DNA of 64,000 nt from Woeseiaceae bacterium (GCA_021773095.1 JAJFKR010000028.1:28905-92904); one strand, 5' to 3'. Positions 27,214 through 37,621 are shown, counted from the first letter of the stretch. Notes: generated from the sequence alone by a model not told the origin. Made by a program: numbers and translations.

Positions 27214-28506
27214 TTGAACACTCAAGCTACTGACCACACCGATTACTCGCTCGCCGGCCGCAATTACGCGTTAGCGCTTCTGATGATCGTCTATATTTTC
27301 AATTTTATTGACCGGCAAATACTCGTGATTCTGCAGGAGTCAATCAAGGTCGAAATGGGGCTGAGCGACACCCAGCTTGGTTTGTTGTCCGGCTTTAGTT
27401 TCGCGATTTTCTATGTCACATGCGGTATCCCTATTGCCCGATGGGCGGATGTCGGTAACCGGCGCAATATTGTCGCGTTGTCTCTGACCGTGTGGAGTGG
27501 CATGACGGCGCTCAGCGGCCTCGTCGTGAATTACACGCAGCTGCTTCTGGTCAGAATCGGAGTCGGAGTCGGCGAGGCCGGTGCCAGCCCGCCTTCGCAT
27601 TCGATGATTTCGGACTACTTCCCGTTTGAGCAGCGTGGCACCGCTTTGTCAATCTACTCGATGGGTATTTACATCGGGATACTGATCGGTTTCTTGTCCG
27701 GCGGCTGGCTCAATGAGTATTTCGGCTGGCGCCTCGCGTTTTTCGCAGTAGGCCTGCCCGGAATCTTGCTCGCTGCCGTTGTGAGGTTCACATTGCGTGA
27801 GCCAGTCCGAGGGATGAACGATGATCCTGACGTGAAAGCGCATGCCCGAGCGGACAGCTTGTTCACCGAAATAAAGCGAATCTGGGCATTCAAGTCCGTA
27901 CGTTACGCAAGCATGGGCGCTGCTTTCAATGCGTTTGTCGGTTACGGTGTTCTCAATTTCATGCCGTCATTCCTGAGTCGTGTGCATCATCTGGAAAGTG
28001 GTGAAATCGGTACTTTTTTGTCGTTTTCCGTAGGCATCGGTGGTGCCGGCGGCGCCTACCTCGGCGGTTACCTTGCCGATCGGCTGGGAAAACGTGACAA
28101 GCGATGGTACGTCGGCATTCCTGCGCTGGGTACGCTGCTGTCTGCACCTTTATTCAGTATCGCTGTGCTGGTGCAGAATCTCACGGCTATCTGGTTGTTG
28201 TACTTTGCCGCGACCCTGGTACTGTCGACCTATCTGGCTCCACTGATTGCTGCAGCCCATGCGGTGGTCGGACCCAATGCGCGGGCCTCGGCATCTGCTC
28301 TCATATATTTCGTGCTCAACATCATCGGCCTTGGCCTGGGCCCGGTTTTCGTTGGGTTGATTAGCGACAATATGCAGCCAGTATTTGGTGACGAGTCGTT
28401 GCGCTGGGCACTTCTCATTGCGGCTCAGGCCGCCATCCCAGGGGCAATATTTTGCTGGTTGTCTGCTAGACATCTGCTCGCCGACCTCGGCGCGGCTCGA
28501 TCCTGA
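27214..28506 (+). CDS. MFS transporter (Spinster-like subfamily)
   Basis: TTG start with ACGGAG upstream. YIFNFIDRQILVILQESIK, PIARWADVGNRRN and RIGVGVGEAGASP are typical MFS loop motifs. The longer ORF from 27016 overlaps the SSS gene. Confidence 0.75.
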   Translation: MNTQATDHTDYSLAGRNYALALLMIVYIFNFIDRQILVILQESIKVEMGLSDTQLGLLSGFSFAIFYVTCGIPIARWADVGNRRNIVALSLTVWSGMTALSGLVVNYTQLLLVRIGVGVGEAGASPPSHSMISDYFPFEQRGTALSIYSMGIYIGILIGFLSGGWLNEYFGWRLAFFAVGLPGILLAAVVRFTLREPVRGMNDDPDVKAHARADSLFTEIKRIWAFKSVRYASMGAAFNAFVGYGVLNFMPSFLSRVHHLESGEIGTFLSFSVGIGGAGGAYLGGYLADRLGKRDKRWYVGIPALGTLLSAPLFSIAVLVQNLTAIWLLYFAATLVLSTYLAPLIAAAHAVVGPNARASASALIYFVLNIIGLGLGPVFVGLISDNMQPVFGDESLRWALLIAAQAAIPGAIFCWLSARHLLADLGAARS

Positions 28507-28658
28507 TCCAGGCCGCCACAGCAAGACTTCACTGATTTATTCCCAATTCGGCAAGTTCGCACGTCTTAGGTCATATGCAGGTCGACTTTGCCATCGCGGC
28601 ATTGCCCGATTTGCTTGTCTAACAAATATCCGACGTTAAACGTGCGGGGGGAAATATT

Positions 28659-31307
28659 GTGAGAAAAATTGCTGAGAAATTTAAGGTACTGCGTGGCATT
28701 GCGCTGAGCGCGACGCTGATTCTGGTAGCGACACCGGCCTGGCCGCAAGATGCGGATACTGAAGAGGCCGTGGCCGAAGAAATTGTCGTAACCGGGTCTT
28801 ACATCAGAGGCAGGGCAAATGACGCGGTTTTGCCGGTACAGGTGATTGATCGGGGGTATATTGACAGGATTGGCGCAAATACAATCGCCGATGTGATCGT
28901 TAAGCTGTCGATCAATTCAGGATCAGAAAATCAGGCAGATGCATTTACTCAAAATCAAACTCAAGGTACGGCCAACGTAAACCTGCGAGGACTGGGACTG
29001 AGTTCGACGCTGGTACTGGTTAACGGGCGCAGACAAACCATTTCCGGTGCCCTGGCCAATGACGGCAGCGTGTTTGTCGATACGAGCTCTATCCCCGTTG
29101 ATGCACTCGAACGCGTTGAAATATTGAAAGAGGGTGCTGCCTCCACCTATGGCTCTGACGCAATAGCTGGAGTTGCGAATTTTATTCTTCGTAGAGACTT
29201 TGAAGGATTTGAAATCAACAGCGGTTATCAGCGCGTGGAAAACGGTGGCCAAAGAGACATCGACGTTGGATTTGTGTACGGCGCCAGTAGTGGTTCAACC
29301 AATTTTCTAATTTCCGGTCATTATTTTGACCGCAGTGACTTGAGTTCGTCGGAACGTCCGTTTATCTCCGACAACGCAACCAGTGGGCTGGGTAAATCGT
29401 ATTTGCTGCTGGCACCAGCAACGGTCGCCAGCGGTCCCTACGCCGGTACTTATGGCGCTTTCGAAAATGTCGCCATCTCAGATTGCGGCACAGTTGAAGG
29501 GGATATCGTTCTTCCTCAGGCATTTGGTACACGCTGCGGTTTCGATTTCGGTCCTCGCTTCAATTTGGTCAACGAGGAAACCAGGGTCCAGGTATACGGC
29601 AACCTGACGCACGAGTCTGACAGTGGTATCACCGTGTTTGCCGAGGCTGGGTTCAGCACCAATGATGTCGATGGCAACCCGCAATCCCCGAGTTTTCCAG
29701 ACCTCACATTTCCGCTGATATCCGGCACTGCACCGGGAAATCCTTTTGGCGTACCGTTTGTTTTTCTCGGACGGCCGCTGGGACCTGAGGCTGAATCGCC
29801 GTTTGCACCCCGTGAAAACGATACATTCCGGGGTTCTGTCGAAATTAGCGGTGAATTTGGCAGCGACTGGAGCTGGAATACGGCACTGACTTACAGTGAC
29901 AATGAATATTTCGAGTCCACACCGGACACGATAGCTTCAAGGTTTCAGGCGGCCGTCAACGGCGTTGGCGGGCCGAACAATAATGAACTGTTTAGCATCT
30001 TTGACCGCACAGTAAACAGTCAGTCCGTTATTGATGACTTCACCGCCCGGGCGGAGTCAACCATCAGTGCCGACTTGTTGGTTCTCGATGGAGTTGTAAG
30101 CGGTGACCTGTTCGAAATGCCTGCCGGTGACGTTGGTTTCGCAGTAGGATTTCAGGCTCGTTCAGAAGCGTATTCTGTCGCTACGAACGACATCAATACA
30201 GTTAATTTCGACACGAATGGCAATCCGATTCCGGTTGACATGATTTTCCTCGGTGGCAAAGCAAGAATCAGCGAAGATCGTGATACGGCTGCCTTGTTCG
30301 CCGAAGCCATGTTCCCTCTGTCGGAAAATCTCGAGTTGACGACAGCGGTTCGCTATGAAGAACTGCAAAACTCTAACAGTGTTGATCCAAAGGTCGCGCT
30401 TCGCTGGCAGATAGGCGACGCTCTCGCCCTCAGGGGTTCTTTTAGTACTGCGTTCAGGGAACCATCGCTTTCTCAGCAGCATTCAACCACTGTAGCCCTT
30501 GCCAATATTCAGGACTTGAATCCTGACGGCACACCGAATGGCGGCGTAATCTTCCGCCGTGTAGCCGCATCGGGTTCTGCGTCTCTCCGCCCTGAAGAGT
30601 CAACAAATTACAATTTTGGAGTGATTGTCCAACCAACTGACAGCTTTAATCTGAACCTTGATTATTGGCGCATCAAATACACGGATCTGATTACAATAGA
30701 AAACGCACAGGCCAAACTTGCGGCCGACCCGAATGGCCCCGATATTATTCGTGATGCGTTCGGTAATCTTGGCGGCATCAATGTCGACTTCTTCAACTCA
30801 TCGAAAGTCACCGTCGAGGGACTGGATTTGGAAACGGTTTGGACGATCGACGATGCATGGACAGCGGCACTGAACGTGTCCCACTTTCTTGAATACGATA
30901 TTACCGACCCATCCGGAACAGTCTTGGACGTGTTGGATTCATTCAACAATTCAACTTTCGTGCGTTCGCTGCCAGAGACAAAGGCTAACTTGAGTCTCGC
31001 CTGGCAAAGCGCAACACAAAGCGCATCGATTAATGCAAATTTTGTTGCCGGGTATGAAAATGACTTGCCGGTCCCGGCGTCAGAAAGCAGTCATATAGAC
31101 TCTTTCACTACCGTTGACGCGCAATATAGCGTGGACTTTGATTTCGGATTCCGCGGGGAGAGCCAGACCGTTCTGACATTGGGTATCAAAAACCTTTTCG
31201 ATGAAGAACCACCGCGTGTGTTTGTTCCCGGCAATTTCAGTTATGACCCGAAGCAGCATAGCGCGCTCGGCCGTATACTGTATTTGAGGGCCAGGTATAG
31301 TTTCTAG
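28659..31307 (+). CDS. TonB-dependent receptor
   Basis: Signal peptide, then TonB box/plug EEIVVTGSYIRG, NLRGLGLSSTLVLVNGRR, ERVEILKEGAASTYGSDAIAGVANFILR. C-terminal LYLRARYSF. Confidence 0.88.
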   Translation: MRKIAEKFKVLRGIALSATLILVATPAWPQDADTEEAVAEEIVVTGSYIRGRANDAVLPVQVIDRGYIDRIGANTIADVIVKLSINSGSENQADAFTQNQTQGTANVNLRGLGLSSTLVLVNGRRQTISGALANDGSVFVDTSSIPVDALERVEILKEGAASTYGSDAIAGVANFILRRDFEGFEINSGYQRVENGGQRDIDVGFVYGASSGSTNFLISGHYFDRSDLSSSERPFISDNATSGLGKSYLLLAPATVASGPYAGTYGAFENVAISDCGTVEGDIVLPQAFGTRCGFDFGPRFNLVNEETRVQVYGNLTHESDSGITVFAEAGFSTNDVDGNPQSPSFPDLTFPLISGTAPGNPFGVPFVFLGRPLGPEAESPFAPRENDTFRGSVEISGEFGSDWSWNTALTYSDNEYFESTPDTIASRFQAAVNGVGGPNNNELFSIFDRTVNSQSVIDDFTARAESTISADLLVLDGVVSGDLFEMPAGDVGFAVGFQARSEAYSVATNDINTVNFDTNGNPIPVDMIFLGGKARISEDRDTAALFAEAMFPLSENLELTTAVRYEELQNSNSVDPKVALRWQIGDALALRGSFSTAFREPSLSQQHSTTVALANIQDLNPDGTPNGGVIFRRVAASGSASLRPEESTNYNFGVIVQPTDSFNLNLDYWRIKYTDLITIENAQAKLAADPNGPDIIRDAFGNLGGINVDFFNSSKVTVEGLDLETVWTIDDAWTAALNVSHFLEYDITDPSGTVLDVLDSFNNSTFVRSLPETKANLSLAWQSATQSASINANFVAGYENDLPVPASESSHIDSFTTVDAQYSVDFDFGFRGESQTVLTLGIKNLFDEEPPRVFVPGNFSYDPKQHSALGRILYLRARYSF

Positions 31308-31342
31308 GAAAATCGATTTAAGTACCATCTTCGACTGAGATC

Positions 31343-31416
31343 TGGAGCGGGCGAAGGGAATCGAACCCTCGTCTCTTGCTTGGGAAGCAAGGGTAATACC
31401 ATTATACGACGCCCGC
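31343..31416 (-). tRNA. tRNA-Gly (anticodon CCC), CCA encoded
   Basis: The reverse complement reads GCGGGCGTCGTATAATGGTATTACCCTTGCTTCCCAAGCAAGAGACGAGGGTTCGATTCCCTTCGCCCGCTCCA. Acceptor stem GCGGGCG/CGCCCGC. Anticodon stem CTTGC/GCAAG with loop TTCCCAA. T-arm GGTTCGATTCC. Confidence 0.93.
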
Positions 31417-31430
31417 TCTGGAGCTCTATT

Positions 31431-31742
31431 CTATCCTGGTGCCGCCCGCAACATGATCGAATTGAATTCGAAATGCGAGCCGTCGCTCGCTTCGAGGTTA
31501 ATTTCCCAGGTTTCATCGTCGGGTATCGCTACCCGCTCATGGCCGGGCAGCTCCCGTTCATCGTCGACCTGGAGGCCCCAGATTCGAACATTGCGGATGC
31601 CGGCAACCGGAATACGCTTGGCGTCGAATCGCGCCTGTAATTTCGGATCGACAGCCTCGTTCGCCCAGATCGCGTAGCCAGAGGCAGCAATATCGGCGAC
31701 GTGCTGTGGCATGTTCGCTGTGGAATCTCGATTAGTCATCAC
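31431..31742 (-). CDS. Hypothetical protein (103 aa)
   Basis: Intact ORF with ordinary amino-acid composition. The C-terminal ...EASDGSHFEFNS faintly resembles the end of a VOC/glyoxalase-fold domain, which is weak evidence. Confidence 0.4.
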   Translation of the reverse strand: MMTNRDSTANMPQHVADIAASGYAIWANEAVDPKLQARFDAKRIPVAGIRNVRIWGLQVDDERELPGHERVAIPDDETWEINLEASDGSHFEFNSIMLRAAPG

Positions 31743-31924
31743 TACAGCCCTCCTGACTACAGGCTAGCCATTCAGGGTGCCGCAGAACATCCGTAATTGT
31801 GCCGATCTTTCAGTTGCAAAACATTGCCAATCGGATCGCTGGAAATGGCATGATACGCCTCACCGCTGAAATCCATTCGTGTTCCGGAGTTGCTGAAACA
31901 GGCAAGCTCCGGAATGGACCGCCT

Positions 31925-33664
31925 ATGAAACATCCCACAATAGACCCGAGCTTTCTGCGCCAACAAATTGTTGGCGTGGACTCGACCTTTGAGACGCCAT
32001 TCGGCGAGCGGCTCATGTCGTACTGCGACTACACGGCCTCGGGGCGTTGCCTCAAGTTTGTGGAGTCCTACCTGCAGGGCCTGCAAAGGATTTATGCGAA
32101 CACACATACCGAGGACGACATCACCGGCCGAAGTATGAGCCAACTTCTGCACGAGGCCGAAGAGAGTATCAAGAAGTCGGTCAATGCCGGCCCGAACGGA
32201 CGCATCATCGCCTGTGGAACCGGTGCAACCGGTGCTATCGACAAGCTGCAGCAACTCATCGGCGTTGCGTTACCACCCGCAACCCGAAAGAATATTTGCG
32301 AGATGCTGGCGGAGACTGATTCGACAGTGAGTTGCGAGGACGTTGGCGATCTTTTCCAAAAATCACAACCAGTCGTTTTTATCGGCCCCTACGAGCACCA
32401 CTCCAACGAGATATCCTGGCGTGAGTCCCTCGCAACAACAGTCCAGGTTCGAATGAACGCCAGTGGCAATATCGACCTCGCACATCTGGAGGATCTTTTG
32501 CGAGAACCGGCGTATCAGAATCGAACTCGAATCGGCTCGTTTTCGGCCGCCTCAAACGTGACGGGCATGCGCTCCGACGTCAGGAAAATCGCGAGCCTGC
32601 TGCATGCTCACGATGCCATCGCCTGTTTCGATTTTGCGGCCTCTGCACCGTACGTCGAGATAGACATGAATCCCGAACCGGTCGGCGATGAAGATCCATC
32701 GATTGATGCTATTTTCATTTCCCCGCACAAATTTCTGGGTGGTCCCGGGTCCAGTGGCGTCCTGATTTTCAATGAGCGAATATACGACCGGGATTTGCCA
32801 CCCAGTGTCAGCGCAGGCGGCACCGTCGACTATGTCGGCATGAGCGGTCAGGATTTCATCGGCAGGATCGAAGAACGCGAAAAAGCCGGCACGCCCGGCG
32901 TATTACAAACGCTTAAGGCCGGGCTGGTGTTTCAGATCAAAGACAGGGTCGGAGTGGACTTTATCAATGAGCGTGAGCACGAACTGACGGCGCGAGCGTT
33001 TGAGCGATGGGGCGAAGAGGAAGGTATCGAAATTCTCGGTAATCCGGACCCCGCACAACGTGTGGGTATCATGTCATTCAATATCAAGAGCTCTGTTGGC
33101 GGCTATCTGCATCACAAGTTCGTCACCGCTTTATTGAATGATCTTTTTGGCATTCAGTCTCGTGCCGGCTGCTCGTGCGCAGGGCCGTACGGACACAGGT
33201 TGCTGGATATTGACGACGACACCTCCGAACTGTATCGGGGCGCTGTGCAGCACGGATACTGCGGAATGAAGCCGGGCTGGTGTCGGGTTGGCTTACATTG
33301 GGTCATGGACGATGCGGAAGCAGACTACGTCATTGAGGCGGTCCTTTTTATCGCGCGTCATGGCCATCTGTTCCTGAGCCTGTATGACTTTGACTTGTGT
33401 AGCGGAACGTGGACGCATAAGTACGAGTCATCGAAGTTGCAAACGTTCTCGCTGGATGCTGCATTGCGCGATGATGACAATGATCCTGCAGTTCTGACCG
33501 TACCGCTCAGGAAACAGCTCTACGATCATTACATGACCGACGCCAGTCGATGGGTTGAAAAGCTCAAAGATAACGCACCAGCCTCGCTTGAAACTTTGGA
33601 GGGTGATCTCGGGGAGATACAATTCTTCGCATTGCCCGCCAGAGAAAAAGAGCCTCTGCAATAA
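31925..33664 (+). CDS. Aminotransferase class V-fold PLP-dependent enzyme (cysteine desulfurase-like) with a long C-terminal extension
   Basis: CDYTASGR, IACGTGATGAI, YEHHSNEISW, SAASNVTG and the PLP-lysine context ISPHKFLGGPGSSGVLIF. Start MKHPTID (ATG 31925) lies within the longer ORF. Confidence 0.75.
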   Translation: MKHPTIDPSFLRQQIVGVDSTFETPFGERLMSYCDYTASGRCLKFVESYLQGLQRIYANTHTEDDITGRSMSQLLHEAEESIKKSVNAGPNGRIIACGTGATGAIDKLQQLIGVALPPATRKNICEMLAETDSTVSCEDVGDLFQKSQPVVFIGPYEHHSNEISWRESLATTVQVRMNASGNIDLAHLEDLLREPAYQNRTRIGSFSAASNVTGMRSDVRKIASLLHAHDAIACFDFAASAPYVEIDMNPEPVGDEDPSIDAIFISPHKFLGGPGSSGVLIFNERIYDRDLPPSVSAGGTVDYVGMSGQDFIGRIEEREKAGTPGVLQTLKAGLVFQIKDRVGVDFINEREHELTARAFERWGEEEGIEILGNPDPAQRVGIMSFNIKSSVGGYLHHKFVTALLNDLFGIQSRAGCSCAGPYGHRLLDIDDDTSELYRGAVQHGYCGMKPGWCRVGLHWVMDDAEADYVIEAVLFIARHGHLFLSLYDFDLCSGTWTHKYESSKLQTFSLDAALRDDDNDPAVLTVPLRKQLYDHYMTDASRWVEKLKDNAPASLETLEGDLGEIQFFALPAREKEPLQ

Positions 33665-33707
33665 TCTTTTCGATGGATACGTCTATTGAAGCCCCAAGAG
33701 TATAAAA

Positions 33708-34247
33708 ATGACCGAAGTTAAAGTTCCAGCTCCTTCGCGCTGGCGAAAACTCTCAGTCCTGTTTGGTGAGGTGTTGATCTTCGTAGTGGCGTTCATGCTG
33801 ATCAGTGCCTACCAGGCGCGCGCCCTTCTGGCGACCGACCACGAACCGGCACCGTCGCTTCAGGCGATGACACTGCTGGGTGAGAAGTTCGATCTGGAAG
33901 ACCTCAAGGGAAAACCGGCGTTGGTCTATTTCTTTGCGCCCTGGTGTAGCTACTGTGCCGCAAGCGCCGATAACCTAGTCCGGTTGCGTCGCATGCGCAG
34001 CGAAGAGGAGCTAGACATCATAGTTGTCGCACTGGATTGGCAGGCACACGAACAAATCGCCGAGTACGCTCGCGACCATGAGCTAAACGTGCCTGTTGTG
34101 ATGGGCAATAGTGAGATTGCCACGAGTTGGCAGGTGCACGGATTTCCGACGTATTACGTCCTGGACAGCGAACACAAGGTAGTACGACGCGATTTCGGAT
34201 ACAGCACCCAGATAGGATTACTATGGCGCAGTTGGTTGTTAGAATGA
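33708..34247 (+). CDS. Membrane-anchored TlpA/ResA-like thiol:disulfide oxidoreductase (thioredoxin fold)
   Basis: N-terminal TM LSVLFGEVLIFVVAFMLISAY. Active-site motif FFAPWCSYCA. Also GFPTYYVLD. Confidence 0.75.
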   Translation: MTEVKVPAPSRWRKLSVLFGEVLIFVVAFMLISAYQARALLATDHEPAPSLQAMTLLGEKFDLEDLKGKPALVYFFAPWCSYCAASADNLVRLRRMRSEEELDIIVVALDWQAHEQIAEYARDHELNVPVVMGNSEIATSWQVHGFPTYYVLDSEHKVVRRDFGYSTQIGLLWRSWLLE

Positions 34248-34268
34248 GCGGGCTCGCAAGAGAGGACC

Positions 34269-34682
34269 ATGGTCATCAGGAGAATGGTTTTGGAAAATAA
34301 CTTCGGTTTCGGAAAAACAGTAACGACGGACTTTGATACAGCCGTCGACAACGTGATTGATGCGCTGGCTACCGAAGGGTTCGGTGTGCTCTCCGATATT
34401 AACGTTGCTGCTACGCTAAAGAAGAAGCTCGATAAAGACATGCCGCCGTACCGAATACTTGGGGCATGTAATCCAACACTCGCACATCAGGCAGTATCTG
34501 CCGTTCCTGATATCGGATTGCTGTTGCCTTGCAACGTTCTGGTACGCGAAGACGATGGCGGTACGGTTCATGTGTCATTCATGGATCCGGGAGCTGTCAT
34601 GGGTCTCGTGGATAACGAAGACGTGTTGCCACTGGCAGCAGCGGTGCGTGCGAAACTGGACCGGGTGATGTCGGCTCTGTAG
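34269..34682 (+). CDS. DUF302 domain-containing protein
   Basis: FDTAVDNVIDALATEGFGVLSDINVAATLKKKLDKDMPPYRILGACNP is the characteristic DUF302 core. Confidence 0.75.
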   Translation: MVIRRMVLENNFGFGKTVTTDFDTAVDNVIDALATEGFGVLSDINVAATLKKKLDKDMPPYRILGACNPTLAHQAVSAVPDIGLLLPCNVLVREDDGGTVHVSFMDPGAVMGLVDNEDVLPLAAAVRAKLDRVMSAL

Positions 34683-34716
34683 TACTCAGATAAAAAGACC
34701 TGTCTGTGACATGAGT

Positions 34717-36141
34717 CTAGAAACGGAAGCCAACCTCAAATTCAAACTGGCTCATCTTTAACTCGATCGTCTGGGTCGGATCGAACATACTCGGGCCGGT
34801 TACAGTCTTTTCCGGCGCGTACATGAATGAGAAGGACCATGCGCCGCCGTTATCACGTTGCCGCGTCAAGCCCAGAGTGACGTGTTGCTCCATGACGCCG
34901 GGGGCGAGTATGTTGAAGAGGACGTCTGCTGCCTGAATCGGTTGCTCGCCGTAGCTGTAACCAAACCGCCAGGTGTTTTTTTCGTCCCTCTGCCACTCGA
35001 AGCCGAGTTTGTAGGTCGTCATGTCATCCCAACCGAAGCCGCCGCCATTGTCGCCGCCCAGGCAACTCGACAAGTCCGTCCCGCCAAACGGTAGCGTTGG
35101 GCATGAAATCAAATTCGCCATCGGGTTGCCGACCGCATCGACGTCACTATATGCCGTATGTTCCAAGTCCACGTTGACACGAAGTGCGTCTGTTGCCAGG
35201 AATGACACGCCCGCCTTGATACTGGAAGGAATGTCAAAGTCACCTTGCTCGGCAAATAGGTCCGCGTAGTCGTCGAACTCGCTCATGGAGATCGTTGACT
35301 GATACGACAAACCGACACTGAATGCATCGGAAATACCCCACCACAGGCCGGCGCCAAAGCCAAAACCGATCGACGTGTCGTGATCGTTGTTGCTGAGTGC
35401 GGTCGGGAACGTGGTGCCGCCCGAGGCAGCAAAGGACTCGGCAACCGGCGCAAATGTGCCGACTCCATTTGCCTCAAATATCTGCACCGCGAAAATCGGT
35501 CCGGCACCCCACGCGAAATTATCGCCGACCCTGGCCGAGTAATTTACTGCCAGAAACGCCTGCGAAAGATCAACACCCGCTTTGCCCGCACAGAAAGGTC
35601 CGGGACCCGTTGCCGGCGGATCGCCCACCAGCGGATTACCACCGCAGAAAAACGACGTTGCCGACGCGTTGGCGCTATCCCAGTCTGTGTTCATTCCGCC
35701 GCGGCCATAAAATGCCAGCGACAATCTGGCGTCGTTCTGCAGGCTCCAGCTCTTGGCCACGTAAGGAATCGGGAAGAACTCGCTGCTGCTATCCACTTCA
35801 CCCGGGGTAATTGTGAGCGAGGGCAGGAAAACGCCGTTAGCGGGATCGATCGGGATCAGGCTTCCATTAAGCTGGCTGGATGACGCCGTGTAGCTGCGCA
35901 AGGGACTGAAGATCGATAGACCGACCTCCCATTGGTTGCCGGTGAATACGGCTAGCGCTGGATTCGATGCCGCCATAATCGCGCCCATATCGGCGCTCGA
36001 TCCGATGCCTGTGCCAGCCATGCCTTTGGAGTCGGTACCGACGCCGTGTGTAAAGTAACCGTTGGTGGCGAAAGCCGGGCTGCTAATCGCAGCACCGAGG
36101 GTAACTGCCATAATTGTTTTTAGTACGCGCTTCAGGTTCAC
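34717..36141 (-). CDS. Outer-membrane transport protein, OmpP1/FadL/TodX family
   Basis: Signal peptide ...AAISSPAFATNGYF, Gly/aromatic-rich beta-strand pattern, and C-terminal ...FEFEVGFRF. Confidence 0.8.
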   Translation of the reverse strand: MNLKRVLKTIMAVTLGAAISSPAFATNGYFTHGVGTDSKGMAGTGIGSSADMGAIMAASNPALAVFTGNQWEVGLSIFSPLRSYTASSSQLNGSLIPIDPANGVFLPSLTITPGEVDSSSEFFPIPYVAKSWSLQNDARLSLAFYGRGGMNTDWDSANASATSFFCGGNPLVGDPPATGPGPFCAGKAGVDLSQAFLAVNYSARVGDNFAWGAGPIFAVQIFEANGVGTFAPVAESFAASGGTTFPTALSNNDHDTSIGFGFGAGLWWGISDAFSVGLSYQSTISMSEFDDYADLFAEQGDFDIPSSIKAGVSFLATDALRVNVDLEHTAYSDVDAVGNPMANLISCPTLPFGGTDLSSCLGGDNGGGFGWDDMTTYKLGFEWQRDEKNTWRFGYSYGEQPIQAADVLFNILAPGVMEQHVTLGLTRQRDNGGAWSFSFMYAPEKTVTGPSMFDPTQTIELKMSQFEFEVGFRF

Positions 36142-36323
36142 TTTATTACTCCCCAGATGTACTTTGAATGTAATAATCTCGCTTTCTGGTAGTGAGTTAT
36201 ACTTATTTTAGAATAGTTGAATATAAGCAGAAACTAATGCCGCTTCGCAAGTAATGATCGTGAAGAAGCTACAGTTTTCAAGGCTTACGCGGCAACGATA
36301 CGCAATTTCGAAGCCGGTCCAGA

Positions 36324-36641
36324 CTAGTTGTTTGCGCAATAAAGTCCATAGACACACTCAATAATCTTGCCGGCTTCGTCGGAACTTAGAGAGTAGTAAA
36401 CCGTTTGTGCGCTGCGTCGCGGCACTACGAGGCCCTCGCCCCGCATTCTTGACAGATGTTGAGAAAGTGGAGATTGTGCAATGCCCAGTAGTCGGGAAAG
36501 TTCGCCGACCGACTTCTCTCCCGTCGCCAGTTGGCACAAGATCATCAGACGGCCCTGGTGACCGAGCGTTTTCATCAAAGCGCTGGCCTTGCCAGCAGCA
36601 TTTTTCATGTCTTCCAGATTGAAGTCGTCGGTTAGATCCAT
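36324..36641 (-). CDS. ArsR/SmtB-family repressor, BigR/SqrR/YgaV-like (persulfide-responsive type)
   Basis: wHTH GRLMILCQLATGEKSVGELSRLLGIAQSPLSQHLSRMRGEGLV. Has an N-terminal Cys (ILC) and C-terminal Cys residues (ECVYGLYC), as in the two-Cys redox switch of this subgroup. Divergent from an MBL dioxygenase gene. Confidence 0.75.
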   Translation of the reverse strand: MDLTDDFNLEDMKNAAGKASALMKTLGHQGRLMILCQLATGEKSVGELSRLLGIAQSPLSQHLSRMRGEGLVVPRRSAQTVYYSLSSDEAGKIIECVYGLYCANN

Positions 36642-36757
36642 GCCTGCTTTTCCTGTAACGGAAATCTTTCTATTATGTTACGATTTTCTAATATACAGAA
36701 AAAATCAGGCTCGTGCAGAGTCGTGCCTCGATACCGTTTCGCGTGGAGAACAAGTTA

Positions 36758-37621
36758 ATGGCCAATCCTGAGGTCACAGCCTTTTTCGATGAGGCGACCA
36801 ACACTATTACGTATGTCATTGCCGACCCGGAAACAGGACATTGTGCCGTCATTGACCCGGTTCTTGACTACGACATTGGTGCCGGTCGAACGTCTACCGA
36901 CTCGGTGGACACGATTATTGAGTTTATCGAAGCGAAGCAAATGACCCTCGACGTCGTTCTGGAAACGCACGTTCATGCCGATCATCTTTCTGCGGCGCCG
37001 GTGCTCAAAAAGCGACTGCAGTCGCGAACCGCGATCGGTGATCAAATCGGCGTTACACAGCAAGTTTTCAGCGACATTTTGAATCTCAACGACCTCGCCA
37101 CCGATGGTAGTCAATTCGATTTGTTACTGGCGGATGGTGACGAGGTCCCCGTCGGGAATCTTCAGGTGAAGGTAATGCATACGCCCGGTCATACGCCTGG
37201 CTGTGTCACGTTTGTGGTTGGCGATGCGGCTTTTGTCGGCGACACGCTTTTCATGCCGGATTTTGGCACCGCGCGGTGCGACTTTCCCGGGGGTGATGCT
37301 GAGGTGCTGTATGACTCCGTGCAACGGATATTCAAATTGCCAGACGAAACCCGATTGTTCATGTGCCACGATTACAAAGCACCCGGACGCGATGAATACG
37401 CTTGGGAGACCAGCGTTGGCGCGCAACGACAGAGCAACATCCACATCAATGACGGCAAGTCGAAACAGGAGTTCGTTGATTTTCGAGACGAGCGAGACGG
37501 GCAGCTCGGTGTGCCCAAGCTGGTTATTCCTTCCATCCAGGTGAATATTCGTGCGGGCGAATTGCCGGATGTCGAGAGTAATGGCGTGAGTTACCTGAAG
37601 GTTCCGGTCAATGTGTTGTAG
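36758..37621 (+). CDS. MBL-fold metallo-hydrolase, Blh/ETHE1-like persulfide dioxygenase candidate
   Basis: GGAGAA RBS. TITYVIADPETGHCAVIDPVLDYD and ETHVHADHLSAAP (HxHxDH motif). Context is divergent to the BigR-like repressor. Confidence 0.75.
   Translation: MANPEVTAFFDEATNTITYVIADPETGHCAVIDPVLDYDIGAGRTSTDSVDTIIEFIEAKQMTLDVVLETHVHADHLSAAPVLKKRLQSRTAIGDQIGVTQQVFSDILNLNDLATDGSQFDLLLADGDEVPVGNLQVKVMHTPGHTPGCVTFVVGDAAFVGDTLFMPDFGTARCDFPGGDAEVLYDSVQRIFKLPDETRLFMCHDYKAPGRDEYAWETSVGAQRQSNIHINDGKSKQEFVDFRDERDGQLGVPKLVIPSIQVNIRAGELPDVESNGVSYLKVPVNVL

Noticed and set aside
31343-31416. tRNA-Gly(CCC) as a possible genomic-island integration site
   Set aside because: No integrase, no direct repeat of the tRNA 3' end and no mobility genes occur within the flanking ~15 kb on either side. 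The neighbouring genes look like ordinary chromosomal metabolism and transport.
31772-32254. 160-aa minus-strand ORF upstream of and overlapping the aminotransferase gene
   Set aside because: It overlaps the 5' part of the PLP-enzyme CDS, which has strong motifs, and there is no recognisable motif or start context. I treat it as a shadow ORF.
36642-36757. Possible BigR-box operator (CTATTATG...TTCTAATATAC) in the bigR/MBL intergenic region
   Set aside because: Only a short, imperfect AT-rich inverted repeat (CTATTA/TAATAT) is visible. In an AT-rich promoter region this is not distinguishable from chance without comparative data.
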